From Eledone cirrhosa (taxonomy: Eukaryota): a stretch of DNA of 64,000 nucleotides. The notes below the pieces were generated by a model. It made no database searches. It saw only the letters and a list, made by a program, of their open reading frames with translations, and was not told where the DNA came from. Positions 40,090 to 53,628 of the stretch are shown here, one piece after another. The DNA lies in the NCBI GenBank assembly GCA_964016885.1, contig OZ024762.1:23436001-23500000 (forward strand), written 5' to 3'. Both the position numbers and the translations under genes were made by a program. Numbering within the stretch: position 1 is the stretch's first letter; each line of letters starts with the position of its first letter.

Positions 40090-40292
40090 CCAGCGGGATT
40101 TGGATACAGAACGGGAAGGCCCGTAACTCTATGCCGCGAAACATGTTGTCCGACGCTCTTCCGATACTGCCAATCCACCGTCCTTATAACATATAATAAT
40201 TGTTTCTACTTTAGGCACAAGGCCAGCAATTACTCAGTACATTACTGGTACTTTATTTTATCGACACCGTAAGGATGAAAGGCAAAGTCAAC
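40090..40292 (-). mobile_element. Two SINE fragments
   Basis: 5' half at ~40090-40182 and 3' half at ~40198-40292. Confidence 0.8.
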
Positions 40293-40462
40293 CAATAATA
40301 ATGAATGTATATGTGTGTATATATATATATATATGTGAAAAATTCAGGATCCTGATGTGACGGTGTTCGGGCAGCGGGAATCTAGTCAATCTCCTCAGTC
40401 CATATATGGACAGACAGTCTGTGCATATATGTCACATTGATACTGCAGGATATCATATGAGT

Positions 40463-40491
<29 letters not shown>

Positions 40492-40493
<2 letters not shown>

Positions 40494-40832
40494 TAGGGCG
40501 GGTAAAATTCCCAATATCCATGGACGAGTTCTCTCCAGCGGTCCCTGTCCCTCATTATCGCTGCCATGTCCAGCGTCTCCATCAGACCAGTCTGTCCTTG
40601 GGGCATCAACATACTTTAACCTTGGTTTTCCACTTACAGTGTGTCAATGTAGGGGCTCCTACAGGAGCACTGAGTGCAATGTCAACTCTGGATGTCGGTG
40701 AGCATGTCCAGCTAACCTCAGTCCCCTCTGTGTCACTTTTGAGCTGACTTTTGGGGGGCTCCCGTACAGCTCTGTTTTTCATCCTCAGTGTATACTGATT
40801 AATGTTCAGAGCCATCCTCAGCATTCTTGTGT
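40492..40832 (-). pseudogene. RTE-type LINE 3' fragment
   Basis: Manual translation TRMLRMALNI..LYGS..KVSSKVTQRGLRLAGHAHRHPE..LLWEP..GKPRLKYVDA..MRDRDRWRELV; frameshifted. Confidence 0.78.
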
Positions 40833-40839
40833 ATATATA

Positions 40840-41240
40840 TAGAGAGGTATATATACCATGTAATATAGATATATATATACAATATATAGAGGTATATATA
40901 ATATGTAATATAGAGGTATATATATATCTATATATATATATATACAGTATATAGAGGTATATAGAGGTATATATAGCATGTAATATATATATATATATAT
41001 GTGTGTGTATATATATATAGAGAGACAGAGAGGTATATATCGCATGTAATATAGATAGATACAATATATAGAGGTATATATAACATCCAATATAGAGGTA
41101 TATATATACAGTATATAGAGGTATATATAACAGTATATAGAGGTATATATAACAATATATAGAGGTATATATAATATGTAATATAGAGGTATATATATAT
41201 AGAGAGAGAGAGAGAGAGTATATAGAGGTATATATAACAT
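40840..41240. repeat. TATAGAGGTATATATA minisatellite
   Basis: About ten degenerate units. Confidence 0.8.
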
Positions 41241-41245
41241 GTAAT

Positions 41246-41435
41246 AATTGTTTATACTTTTGGCACAAGGCCAGCAATGATCCAGTGTATTACTGGTACT
41301 TTATTTTATCGACCCCGTAAGGATGAAAGGCAAAGTTAACCTCGGCGGGATTTGAACTCAGAATGGCAAGGGCCGTAACTCTATGCTAGAAAGCATGGCG
41401 TCCGACCCTCTACCGATACTGCCAATCCACCGCCC
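41246..41435 (-). mobile_element. SINE with TSD
   Basis: Flanked by the repeat tatatataacatgtaataat. Confidence 0.9.
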
Positions 41436-42183
41436 TATATATAACATGTAATAATGAATTTAAATACTCTAAATCTAATGACAATAAATTGTTAAAGAGG
41501 GTAGACTACCTTTTCAGAATGTTATCCTATACCGTTTTTATGCTGAAAAAAAGGAACCCTTTTTTATGCTGCAAAAGAAGGAAGCAAGGCCTGAAAGAGC
41601 CCACAAAAACGAACCCAGCCCGGGAGAATTTTTTTTTGTTCCGGGGAACTTCCGGGGAAGTTGGATGTGTGTAAATTGGATGTTCGTAAGTAGGGAACTT
41701 AAAGTATACAGAGATAAGTGAGTAAAGAAATTTAATTTAAATTAAATTAAATTAAATTAAAACTTTAAATATCTAGACCACATGTTACAATAATGTATTT
41801 CAACATGTAGCAGCAACTATTTCGTTGCAAACTTTTCCCACATGTACTACATGTTAGACGAATTATTGTCATGATCATACTACAGACATGGTCTTGTACG
41901 GACTGACAGACAGACAGACAGTGACTGACACAGACAGACAAATAGATAAACATATAGACATATACATACATATACATACATATACATACATACGTATACA
42001 TACATATATATCTATACATACATACATACATATCTATAAATATATATATACACACATGCTTATATATGCATTCATATATATAGACAAATACATATATGTA
42101 TATCCATATACAGATAAATGCATACGTAAATAGAAATATATATAGAAATATATATATATACACACACACATATATATATACAT

Positions 42184-42215
<32 letters not shown>

Positions 42216-42315
42216 TTACGTATGCATGTATCTGTATATGGATATATATATATGTATTTGTTTGTGTATATGAATGCATATATATGCATGTGTCTGGATA
42301 TATATATATGTATAG

Positions 42316-42346
<31 letters not shown>

Positions 42347-42369
42347 TGTATGTATGTATGTATAGATAG

Positions 42370-44544
42370 GTTTATGGACCGTCTTCTTCTCTGGTGACAC
42401 CGATTCGCAGCAGGGATGGCAAAGAACTTCTTCGTGACTCACAGGGAATTCTACGAAGGTGGCGGGAGCACTTTGATGATCTTTTGAATCAGCCGTCTGT
42501 CGTCAGTGAAGATTTCCTCAATCTCATTCCGGAAAGTCCTGTGAAAGTAGCTCTCGCAGAGCCTCCGACACTTGTGGAGGTTGCAGTGGCTATTTCGAAG
42601 CTGAACAGTGGAAGATCTCCAGGTATGGATGGCATACATGCTGAGCTCCTACAATATGGTGGTGAGAGACTCCTGCAACATCTTCACTCTCTGTTTGGAA
42701 GGATATGGGCTAATGAATCCGTGCCTGAGGACTGGAGAGATGCAGTAATGGTGGTCTTGTACAAGGGAAAGGGTAACAGGAATGATTGTGGGAACTACAG
42801 AGGTATATCATTGCTTTCTGTCGTGGGGAAAGTTTTATGTAGGGTGCTTCTGGACCGTCTGCTGACACACATTGCAGATTGTGTCCTTCCTGAAAGTCAA
42901 TCTGGTTTTCGTGTTGGACGCGGCACTACTGATATGATCTTCTCAGCTAGACAGCTCCAGGAGAAGTGCATTGAACAGGGCTTGGATCTGTATCAGGTTT
43001 TTGTCGATCTGACAAAGGCTTTCGATACTGTCAACAGAGATGCATTATGGAAGGTTCTCCAGAAACTTGGTTGCCCTGATAAGTTCCTTGCTTTAGTTAG
43101 GTCTTTCCATGACGACATGAAGGCTTGGGTTAATGTCGGAGGTAACATGTCGGAGCCTATCTCAGTAAAAAATGGAGTGAAACAGGGGGATATTCCAGCA
43201 CCGACCCTGTTTGCCATATACTTTGCAATGGTTTTCTGTATTGCATTCAGGAATTGCGAGCATGGTGTTTACATCCGATATCGAACCTCAGGCAGCATAT
43301 TTAACATCAGGCGCTTTGCTGCGAAGACAAAAGTATTTACATCAGTCATAAGAGACCTCTTGTATGCAGATGATTGCGATCTTGTAGCGCACACAGAGAG
43401 TGATATGCAGCACATTTTGAATGTATTTTCTGACGCTTGCACTGCCCTGGGTTTGACTGTCAGTCTCAAGAAAACCGTCGTCATGTACCAACCTGCACCT
43501 GGTGGGCAGTACACTGAACCAAACATCTATGTGTATGGCAAACGACTTGGAGTGGTTGATCAGTTTGTCTACCTGGGGAGCACTGTCAATCGATACGGCA
43601 ACCTTGACAGTGAAATCTCACTTAGGATTAGGAAAGCAAGTGATGCTTTCGGAAAGCTAGAAAGGCGACTCTGGGGTCGGCGAGACATATGCAGGAGGAC
43701 AAAGGTAAAGGTGTACAGGGCATGTGTACTCTCTTGTCTTCTTTATGCCTGCGAGACCTGGGTCACATATCGACGCCACCTTAAGCAATTGGAGCGTTTC
43801 CATCAGATGTGTCTCAGACGGATACATGGCGTTCGCTGGAGGGACCACATCAGTGATGTCGAGATTTTGGAAAGCTCTATGTGTGACAGTATAGAAGCTC
43901 TTGTGCTTAAGCAGCGACTCCGTTGGAGTGGTCACCTTGCCAGGATGAAGGATTCTAGAATACCAAAACAACTCTTCTATGGAGAGTTGGTTAAAGGAAA
44001 ACGACCGCCACATAAACCAAAAAAGAGGTATAAGGATTCCTTGAAGGCCTCTCTGAAAGACGCTAACATCTCTGCTGATACATGGGAAAATATTGCTGCT
44101 GATCGTAATAAATGGAGAAAGACTGTATATGAGGGAAAAGTCGCCTTTGAGGCATCTCGAATCGCACACGAGAAAGTAAAGCGGGACGTGAGGAAGGGTA
44201 TTGCTGTTGCACTTCCAGACGGCGAGGGTCCTCCTATGTTTCTGACATGCAGCGTCTGTGCGAGACTCTGCCTAAGCAAAGCTGGACTCGAAAGTCATCT
44301 TCGCAGTCATAAAGTAAGACCAGTGGTTGACTACCAGGCTGCTGTTGGAGATGCTACTCATCATGCTTGCCAAACATGTGGTAGAGAATGTAAATCAGCA
44401 GGAGGACTCAAGCGACATGCAAAAGTACACGAACTCCAACCACAGCCGACTATTCCCAGTAAATGTTTTGGTTGCCGACTCTGTGCAAGACATTTTGGAT
44501 CATTGGCTGGGCTAAAAAGCCACATTCGATCGCAGCACTGTTAG
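42370..44544 (+). CDS. RTE reverse transcriptase with three C-terminal C2H2 zinc fingers (open frame, endonuclease and start lost)
   Basis: Uninterrupted frame from VYGP: NYRGISLLS, PESQSGFR, FVDLTKAFDTV, GVKQGD, LLYADD, LRWSGHLARM, then CSVC..HLRSH, CQTC..HAKVH, CRLC..HIRSQH. Confidence 0.93.
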   Translation, partial: VYGPSSSLVTPIRSRDGKELLRDSQGILRRWREHFDDLLNQPSVVSEDFLNLIPESPVKVALAEPPTLVEVAVAISKLNSGRSPGMDGIHAELLQYGGERLLQHLHSLFGRIWANESVPEDWRDAVMVVLYKGKGNRNDCGNYRGISLLSVVGKVLCRVLLDRLLTHIADCVLPESQSGFRVGRGTTDMIFSARQLQEKCIEQGLDLYQVFVDLTKAFDTVNRDALWKVLQKLGCPDKFLALVRSFHDDMKAWVNVGGNMSEPISVKNGVKQGDIPAPTLFAIYFAMVFCIAFRNCEHGVYIRYRTSGSIFNIRRFAAKTKVFTSVIRDLLYADDCDLVAHTESDMQHILNVFSDACTALGLTVSLKKTVVMYQPAPGGQYTEPNIYVYGKRLGVVDQFVYLGSTVNRYGNLDSEISLRIRKASDAFGKLERRLWGRRDICRRTKVKVYRACVLSCLLYACETWVTYRRHLKQLERFHQMCLRRIHGVRWRDHISDVEILESSMCDSIEALVLKQRLRWSGHLARMKDSRIPKQLFYGELVKGKRPPHKPKKRYKDSLKASLKDANISADTWENIAADRNKWRKTVYEGKVAFEASRIAHEKVKRDVRKGIAVALPDGEGPPMFLTCSVCARLCLSKAGLESHLRSHKVRPVVDYQAAVGDATHHACQTCGRECKSAGGLKRHAKVHELQPQPTIPSKCFGCRLCARHFGSLAGLKSHIRSQHC

Positions 44545-44552
44545 TTGCTATC

Positions 44553-44590
<38 letters not shown>

Positions 44591-44666
44591 GCTTATGTGC
44601 GTGCGTGTGTGTGTATATATATATGAATATGTATATTATTGTTGTTGTCGTTATTATTATTATTGC

Positions 44667-44708
<42 letters not shown>
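42370..44708 (+). mobile_element. 5'-truncated RTE-clade LINE with (TAT)n tail and 13-bp TSD
   Basis: TSD tatgtatagatag at 42357-42369 and 44709-44721; 3' UTR with (GT)n and a (TAT)n tail. Confidence 0.92.
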
Positions 44709-44711
<3 letters not shown>

Positions 44712-45176
44712 GTATAGATAGATATGTATGTATGTATATATATGTATAGATATGTATGTATGTATATATATGTATAGATATGTATGTATGTACGTATGGA
44801 TGAATTGATATATATGTATGTATGTTTATCTATCTGATACATACACACACACATACACATACACATACATACAAACACAGACAAACATACATAGTTTTCG
44901 TTTTCTAGCATACTGCTGTTAGTATGGTCGTTGTTCAGTTAATCCCATCATACAAATGCTCTGCTGTAAAGCTCAGTCATAAAGAAATTTTACAATCTCT
45001 AGCCGCCATCTTTGCTCAGAAGCGTTCGTCTTTGAGAAATTATTCATTTAAGAAAATTTATTTTTCACGTCTGCCTGATGGAACTACGAAATGATTTGCT
45101 TCACTAATTCGGGAACTACACACAAACCACTCAAATAACACAATAACTACTGCATGAAATAATGGAATGTCTAGTT

Positions 45177-45208
<32 letters not shown>

Positions 45209-45440
45209 CGTGGTGGTTGTGGTGGTAGTAGTGGTGGTGGTAGTAGTCGTTGCATGTGTGTTATATAACTATGGATTATATGTTTATATATATGTGTGTA
45301 TATGATATATATATTTATATTTATATATATATTTATAAATATATATATATATATATGTGTGTGTATATATGTATATATGTACACACATTCATATAGATAA
45401 GTATATATATGTGTGTGTATATATATATATATGTATATAC

Positions 45441-45483
<43 letters not shown>

Positions 45484-45551
45484 GAGAATATTACAAAATT
45501 ACTGACCTTTATTGTATATACATAACTATAAATAGTATCTTTAATATTATA

Positions 45552-45628
<77 letters not shown>

Positions 45629-45644
45629 ACGTATATATGTATGC

Positions 45645-45688
<44 letters not shown>

Positions 45689-45690
<2 letters not shown>

Positions 45691-45890
45691 GAACGATAGG
45701 ACCCCGACGGCTGAGCTCAAGCCGTTTCGACGGCTAATTCTGGACTAAATTTACTCCAGAATTAGCCGTCGAAACGGCTTGAGCTCAGCCGTCGGGGTCC
45801 TACTCGTTCCTATTACCCACTCTACTACCCTAAGTATTGAGTACTTTGGTGCGTTATGGTCCACCTGGTTCCTTACCATATTTCCTTCGT

Positions 45891-45891
<1 letters not shown>
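45689..45891. mobile_element. Family A fold-back copy
   Basis: Same structure as 393-595 in the opposite orientation. Confidence 0.85.
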
Positions 45892-45955
<64 letters not shown>

Positions 45956-46034
45956 CTATGACTTTATTCTATCAAATATAATAATTTCATCGTCTTAACA
46001 ATCACAAGACTACAAATTGCTTTAGAACTTAGAA

Positions 46035-46985
46035 ACACACACATACATATACACACTCAGCTATATATACACACACATCTGCATACACACAGCTATATAT
46101 ATACACACACATACACACTCATCTGCATACACACAGCTATATATATACACACACATACACACACATCTGCATACACACAGCTATATATATACACACACAT
46201 ACACACACATCTACATACACACAGCTATATATATATATACGCACACACACACACGCACAGACAGACCACTGACATACACACACACAGACATACAACTGAC
46301 ACACACACATACACACACATCTACATACACACAGCTATATATATATATATATGCACACACACACGCACAGACAGTTCACTGACATACACACACACAGACA
46401 GACAACTGACACACACACATACACGCACATCTACATACACACAGCTATATATATACACACACATACACACATTTACATACACACAGCTATATATATACAC
46501 ACACATACACGCACATCTACATACACACAGCTATATATATATACGCACACACACACACGCACAGACAGACCACTGACATACACACACACAGACAGACCAC
46601 TGACACACACACACAGACCGACCACTGACACACACACACACAGACCACTGACGCACACACACACACAGACCACTGACACACACACATATCACTGACACAC
46701 ACACAGACCACTGACACACACACACACACATACCACTGACACACACACAGACCACTGACACACACACACAGACCACTGACACACACACAGACCACTGACA
46801 CACACACACACACATACCACTGACACACACACAGACCACTGACACACACACACACACATACCACTGACACACACACAGACAACAGACACACACACACAGA
46901 AAACTGACACACACACACAGACAACAGACACACACACACACACAACTGACACACATATTCAACTGACCCACACACACACACCACT

Positions 46986-47021
<36 letters not shown>

Positions 47022-47183
47022 ACTGACACACACACACCACTGACACACACACACACACACACACACACACCACTGACACACACACACACACCACTGACAC
47101 ACACACACACACTCACATCTCAACATATTACACACACACACACACACCACTGACACACACACACACACTCACATCTCAACATA
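46035..47183. repeat. CA-rich minisatellites (CACAGCTATATATA and ACCACTGACACAC units)
   Basis: Seen directly. Confidence 0.9.
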
Positions 47184-48194
47184 TAAAATCTAAATTTCGG
47201 AATCATTAAAGTCTCTGGAAAATTCCAGCAAATCCTTGAGATATTTCTTAATCCAGAGACAGAAGATACGTCATCTCTATAATAACTAATGGTATGGTGG
47301 TGGTGGTGTGGTGGTGGTGTGGTGGTGGTGTGGTGGTGGTGGTGGTGGTGGTGGTGGTGGTGGTGGTGGTGGTGGCGGCGGTGGTGGTGGTGGTGGTGGT
47401 GATGGTGGTGGTGGTGATGGTGGTGGTGGTGGTGGTGGTGGTGCCGTTGTGGTGGTGTGGTGGCAGTCGTGGTGGTGGTGTGGCGACGGTGGTGGTAGTG
47501 GTAGTGGCGGCGGTGGTGGTGGTGTGTTGGTGGTGGTGGTGGCGGAGGCGGTGGTGTTGTGGCATGGCTTGTGGTGGTGGTGGTGTAGTGGTAGCGGTGG
47601 TGTGGCGGTAGTGGTGGTGTGGTGGTGGTGATGGCGGCGGCGGCGTGGTGGTGGTGGTGGTGGTGGTGGTGGCGGTGGTGTTGCTGCATGGCTTGTGGTG
47701 GTGGTGGTGGTGGGTAATGTAGTGATGATGGTTTAGGTGGTGGTGTTAGCCGTGGAAGTCGTGATGGTGGTAGCCGTGGTAATGCTTATTTTCTTAATAA
47801 TGATAAAGGTCTTTGGTGATGATGATGATGATAGTGAAACTGGCGGTGGTGGTGCTGGTCGTCGTGGTAATGGTCGAGATGTAGATGATGTTGATGATGA
47901 TGATATACAGCCATAGATAATTCTTCTGAGACAAGATCTTATAATCAGAGTCGTTCCATCGGTGACCATCCAGTCATAGTTCTCCAGCATACAATCAAAG
48001 TCCACGTTATACAACATATCCTATATTATGAAGAATGTGTGTGATTTGAGAGTCGTTTGGCTGCTATTTCTGGGAGGTCAACATACCTGATATTATGCGT
48101 CTGTGTATGATTTATATAACAAACTCTCTCTCTCTCTCTTTTCTCTCTCTCTATTGTTCTGTCTCTCTCCTTTTTCCCCTTCTATCTCTCTCCT

Positions 48195-48236
<42 letters not shown>

Positions 48237-48286
48237 CCTCTCTCTCTCTCTTTCTCTCTCTCCAGCTCTCTCTCTATATATATATT

Positions 48287-48317
<31 letters not shown>

Positions 48318-48332
48318 ATATATGAATGTATA

Positions 48333-48776
48333 TATAGTGTATTTTGCAATGCACTGTATGCTTAATTAAAAGCATGTTGAAGACCATACGATTTTGTTCT
48401 AAAGTAGCGACAATGTCGCTTACGTAAATTCATATATATATCGCTATTTCAGAGCACCAGTTCTAATTTTCAATTTCTGCTGGACCGGCGACCGCTCTGT
48501 ATAATCAGTTCCTTATTATTACTGGAATTCTATAAGAATCCAACACACATAATTTTCAGCAAACAGGGAGAATAGTGAGATTTGATAAGTACCAACAACT
48601 ACGAAACAGAGCGCTGTCGGCTTATCTCCCCTTGTTTGCTGAAAATTTAAGTAAGTGACACTGTCGCTACTTTAAAACAATAGCGTATGGTCTTCAAAGG
48701 GCTTTTAATTAAGCAAAATACACTATATATATATTCATATATATATCGCTATTTCAGAGCACCAATTTTAATTTTA
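48333..48776. repeat. Nested inverted repeat with a duplicated segment
   Basis: Outer arms ~48333-48432 / 48644-48730, inner arms ~48551-48572 / 48623-48647, and direct repeat ttcatatatatatcgctatttcagagcacca at 48429 and 48734. Confidence 0.7.
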
Positions 48777-48794
48777 TATATATATATATATATA

Positions 48795-48980
48795 ATTGTT
48801 TCTACTTTAGGAACAAGGCCAGCAAATACCCAGTGCATCACTGGTACTTCATTTTATCGACCCCGTAACGATGAAAGGCAAAGTCAACCTCGGCGGGATT
48901 TGAACTCAGATCGTAAAGGGACGTAACTATGCTGGAAAGCATGGCGTCCGACCCTCTACCGATACTGCCAATCCACCGCC
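48795..48980 (-). mobile_element. SINE
   Basis: Full-length reverse-complement copy. Confidence 0.9.
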
Positions 48981-49372
48981 CTTTATATATATATATAATA
49001 AAGATACATACATATACATATATAATTAGCACATATGTACATACATACGCACATACATACACAGACACATACCTACATACACACACACATAGACCTACAT
49101 ACACACACCCACACATAGACCTACATACACACACCCACACAAACATACAAACATACAAATACACACACACGAACATACACAAACACATACATACATAGAG
49201 TTGTTATGTGGGTACCGCTTGTAAAATATTTAATATAAATTGTCAGCTGAAGAATAGGTTTTATCACTGCGCGCAATATCTCATGTAACTATACATACAT
49301 GTATAAATATACATACATATATATATAAATATACATATATATATAAATACAGATTTATGTATAAATATGTAA

Positions 49373-49413
<41 letters not shown>

Positions 49414-49680
49414 GTTCACGATTTCACCGAACTTATATTCATGGAAATTTGGGACTTGACTCGTTCTTCCTCACTTTTCGTTGCTTCACCATCTTTGTTT
49501 GTTTACACTCTCGTGTCCCCTTTATTTACGTGTCCCAACGACTTTTTTTGGCCGTTGCTCGCACCAACCGGAGGTATATGGTCTTTAAAGCGATGAAATA
49601 CCAATGATGGTTGGAAGATCACTGATGAAGGACTAACTTTATTCATATGTAACCCATTTGCAACCACGCAGCACGTTTAT

Positions 49681-49710
<30 letters not shown>

Positions 49711-49711
<1 letters not shown>

Positions 49712-49866
49712 GGAACGAGTAGGACCCCGACGGCTGAGCTCAAGCCGTTTCGACGGCTAATTCTGGACTAAATGAAAATGTTTATCCTATTACCCACTCT
49801 ACTACCCTAAGTATTGAGTACTTTGGTGCGTTATGGTCCACCTGGTTCCTTGCCACTTTTCTTCCG

Positions 49867-49868
<2 letters not shown>
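49711..49868. mobile_element. Family A rearranged copy
   Basis: Antisense half-HHR arm joined directly to the sense tail. Confidence 0.8.
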
Positions 49869-49931
<63 letters not shown>

Positions 49932-50370
49932 AACGTTTGAATTTGTAATCCAAAACAATGCAGGTATGATCATAGAATAAAAAATGCAAATGCAAAAGAT
50001 ATTGTTGGCAATTAGTCTTTTACCATAGATTTATTTAAATATATATATATATAAATATATGAATATGCATAAATATAAAATATACATATCTGTATATACA
50101 TATTTGTATATACATATTTGTATAATTATATAAATATATATATATATATATAAATGTACATATATATCTAAATGCACATATATATATATATAAATATACA
50201 TATATATATATACTGTAGATATATATACTGTACATAATTATATACGTTATTGTGAATTAAATATAGCTGGCGTTATTTACGTGAATGGTAGCTTTACAAT
50301 TTGTAATTTGTATGTCACAAGACGATTTTTCGGAAACTCTGAAGTAAGATTCCTCGACATTATTTCATTA

Positions 50371-50466
50371 GGTTGACTTTACCTTTCATCCTTACGGGGT
50401 CGATAAAATAAAGTACCAGTAATGCACTGGGTAATTGCTGGCCTTGTGCCTAAAGTAGAAACAATT
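50371..50466 (+). mobile_element. 5'-truncated SINE
   Basis: Matches the SINE 3' half. Confidence 0.85.
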
Positions 50467-51284
50467 ATTTCATTAAAAAAAGTTAACTCTACTCTCAGAA
50501 CTGGTTCACATTCTTGTTTATTTAAACAGTATTTTATTATGAACAGTTCGTATAGAACCACCTTTATTTTATTAGAGAGGATTTCCAGTTTATTTACGGC
50601 AGAGGTTCACAAAATTGTTGGGCCAGCCCCCTCTTCACAGACGCGTAAAACCCTTAGCGCTCTCACTCCTATTTCCAGAGAGACCTGCCCATATGCAAAT
50701 TGTAAATAATATATACTAAATAAAAGCATGATTCCTTGCTTGCTTGTTTGTCTGTAATGTAATTCAACCAAAAGGATGCATAATGGGAAAATACTTTGGA
50801 AGGAAATTCCCCCTGAAATGAGAATTCAATACAAATGGAATAAAACAAGTTTCGCGTAAATCGAAGCACGGGTTCCCGAGATAAGGGTTTTTTCCGGATA
50901 CCTTCATAAACAGAGAGAGGGAGAGAGAGAGAGATAAAGAGAAAGAGATAGTGGTTGAGAGAGACTAGATTGAAAGAGAGACATAGAGAGAGGGAGAGGA
51001 GACAGAGAAGGAGAATGGAAGAGAGAGAGCTGTTGGTGTTGTTGTGTGTATATATATATATGTGTGTGTGTGTTTATAGATCACAGACACCCACATATAT
51101 ATACACACACACACATATATGTATATATATATATATACACACACACACATATATATGGGCCTTCCAGTTTCATTTCACATTATATACATGTCTGTATATA
51201 TTTTGATTATTTAAAAATAATTTTGAAGTGAACGTGACCCAACGGGTCACGGGTGATCTAAATAAAATAGTCAATTTATATATA

Positions 51285-51895
51285 ACTAGTAGAATGACCC
51301 GGCGTTGCTCGAGATTTGCTCTAGGGTTCTTATATATTTGATATATATTTATCCTTATCGAGCCTCGTGAAATAAATACGTTTGTTTATATTTTGTTATT
51401 GTGTATGCAAAAGTATCTGTACTCGAATATATATATATATATATATATATATAACAGATTATTAAAGTTTAAGCAAAGAATCGCTGCTTTCACCCTTAAT
51501 GGGATCTTCTGAAATTAAAAAAAATCAATCGGGGAACGCAGAAGTAAATATTTCGAATAACGTTACACACTATATATATATATATATATATACACACACT
51601 ATATATACATATATACTCACACACGCACACGGCGTCATAATGTCGTAATGCAGACAGCCAGACATACAGACAGATATTATAAGGGCGCAACGTTATATCT
51701 ATGTAAAAAGAAAGACTAAGAATTATAGAGAGAGATCGCTAAATCGCCTAATGCGGTCCCTAGGGCATTGAAAATGGTCAAAACACTCACAAGACCACAA
51801 GTATTACATGTGTAAAATTTGAAAACAATTGGTTGGGTGGTTCTCGAGTTTTAGGGAGCTGACAGACAGACATTCTCTGTTTTAGATATATAGAT
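51285..51895 (+). mobile_element. Non-autonomous Helentron/DINE-like element
   Basis: ACTAG..ACCCGGCGTTGCTCG start, AAAATTTGAAAACAATTGG block, (GACA)n and a TTTTAGATATATAGAT end. Related fragment at ~1630-1672 (-). Confidence 0.65.
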
Positions 51896-51905
51896 AAATA
51901 ATATA

Positions 51906-52086
51906 ATTGTTTCTATTTTAGGCACAAGGCCAGCAATTACCCAGTACATTACTGGTACTTTATTTTATCGACCCCGTAAGGATGAAAGGCAAAGTTAACC
52001 TCGGCGGGATTTGAACTCAGATCGTAAAGGGACGTAACTATGCTGGAAAGCATAGCTTCCAACCCTCTACCGATACTGCCAATCCA
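51906..52086 (-). mobile_element. SINE
   Basis: Reverse-complement copy. Confidence 0.9.
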
Positions 52087-53408
52087 ATATAATATATACT
52101 ATGTATAAAAAAATATTTTTAATTTTGTTATTTTTATATATAATATGTATCATTTGATATTTAATATACTATTATATCATCTCTAGCGCCCCCTTAGGCC
52201 CCAGCGCCCATTGGACCTGCTCAACGCACCCCGGGTGGGTGAGGGGGGGTGGGGGGTTAGTGTACATTTTGTGAACCTCTGCTTTATGTTATCGACTCCA
52301 TATTTTCTAATAACTGGCCAGTTTGGTAGATTCGTTAGAACGTCAGATAGAATACTTCCTTGTATTCGTTCCAGCTTTCTGCTCTCTCAGTTTAAAAGCC
52401 GTCAAGCTTAACTATACTTTTCATGCTTTCGAGGTCGCTAAAAGGAGTTCCAGTGTATTTCTGGGTCAATTGTTTCCTCTATCTTTCTGGTCGATAAAAT
52501 AAATTTCAGTCTAGTAATGGGGACGATTCGTCCTCTATATCTCTCTCACTTTCTCTCTCTCTCATTTTCTCTCTCTCGCTTTCTCTCTCTCACTTTCTCT
52601 CTCTCACTTCCTCTCTCTCACTTCCTCTCTCTCTCACTTTCTCTCTCACTTTCTCTCTCACTTCCTCTCTCTCACTTTCTCTCTCACTTCCTCTCTCTCA
52701 CTTTCTCTCTCTCACTTTCTCTCTCCCACTTCCTCTCTCCCACTTCCTCTCTCCCACTTCCTCTCACTCACTTTCTCTCTCTCACTTCCTCTCACGTTCT
52801 CTCTCACTTCCTCTCTCTCACTTCCTGTCCTTCTCTGGAAGAAACCTGTTGTGTTCAGACCTGGAAAGGGATGGGTTCAACTAGGCTGAAAAATCCCTAT
52901 GAAATGCCCTATGCCACTACGGTACACCTACGACTCCATTAGGAGTTATGGGGCCGTACAACAAACTTAGTAAATTTCTTTTTAAGGCTATATAAGATTG
53001 CATTGTTTGTGACCTTCCTTTATCAAAACAGTAAAGATTTGGTTTCTATTTCCAGCAGATAATTTGTCCCTGTAGAAGACTTCTTAACTTTATGTATCCT
53101 ACTATTAAATGTTTAATTTCAGTTAATTTGTTGGTTGTTTGGTTGGTTTGTTGCTACTTTTTTTGTTATTTTAAGAGAAATTGTTCAAAAGCTGACAAAG
53201 TCAACTTCGCTTTTTATCCTTCATGGCTTTGTAAAAGGAAATACCAGTCAAAAACTGGAGCTGATAGAGTGAACTGTTCCCTGTCCCACATAATTCTCGC
53301 CTTGAGCACATACTAGAAAAATGAAATATATATATGTGGGAATGTGTGTATATTCATGTGTGTATGCATGTGTATGTGATTGTATGTATATATGTGTGTC
53401 TATATATA

Positions 53409-53564
53409 AATTCCTAAATTTATAAATTTATTATAATAAATTAAAGTGAAAGCAACTGGTGCGTGTGTTTCTTATTGGCAACATGACCCTCCCAAAGTAT
53501 AACAATATCGGTTTCAGCACACGTTTTCAGATAAAGAATCTTGCTAAACAAATTCAGAAACGAA

Positions 53565-53567
<3 letters not shown>
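53409..53567 (+). mobile_element. Solo pLTR plus tail of the 35837 PLE family
   Basis: Matches 35860-36011. A tail fragment also occurs at ~3908-3968 (-). Confidence 0.85.

Positions 53568-53628
<61 letters not shown>

Noticed and set aside
49617-49660. Hammerhead (CTGATGAAGGAC)
   Set aside because: No GAAA or stem III follows.
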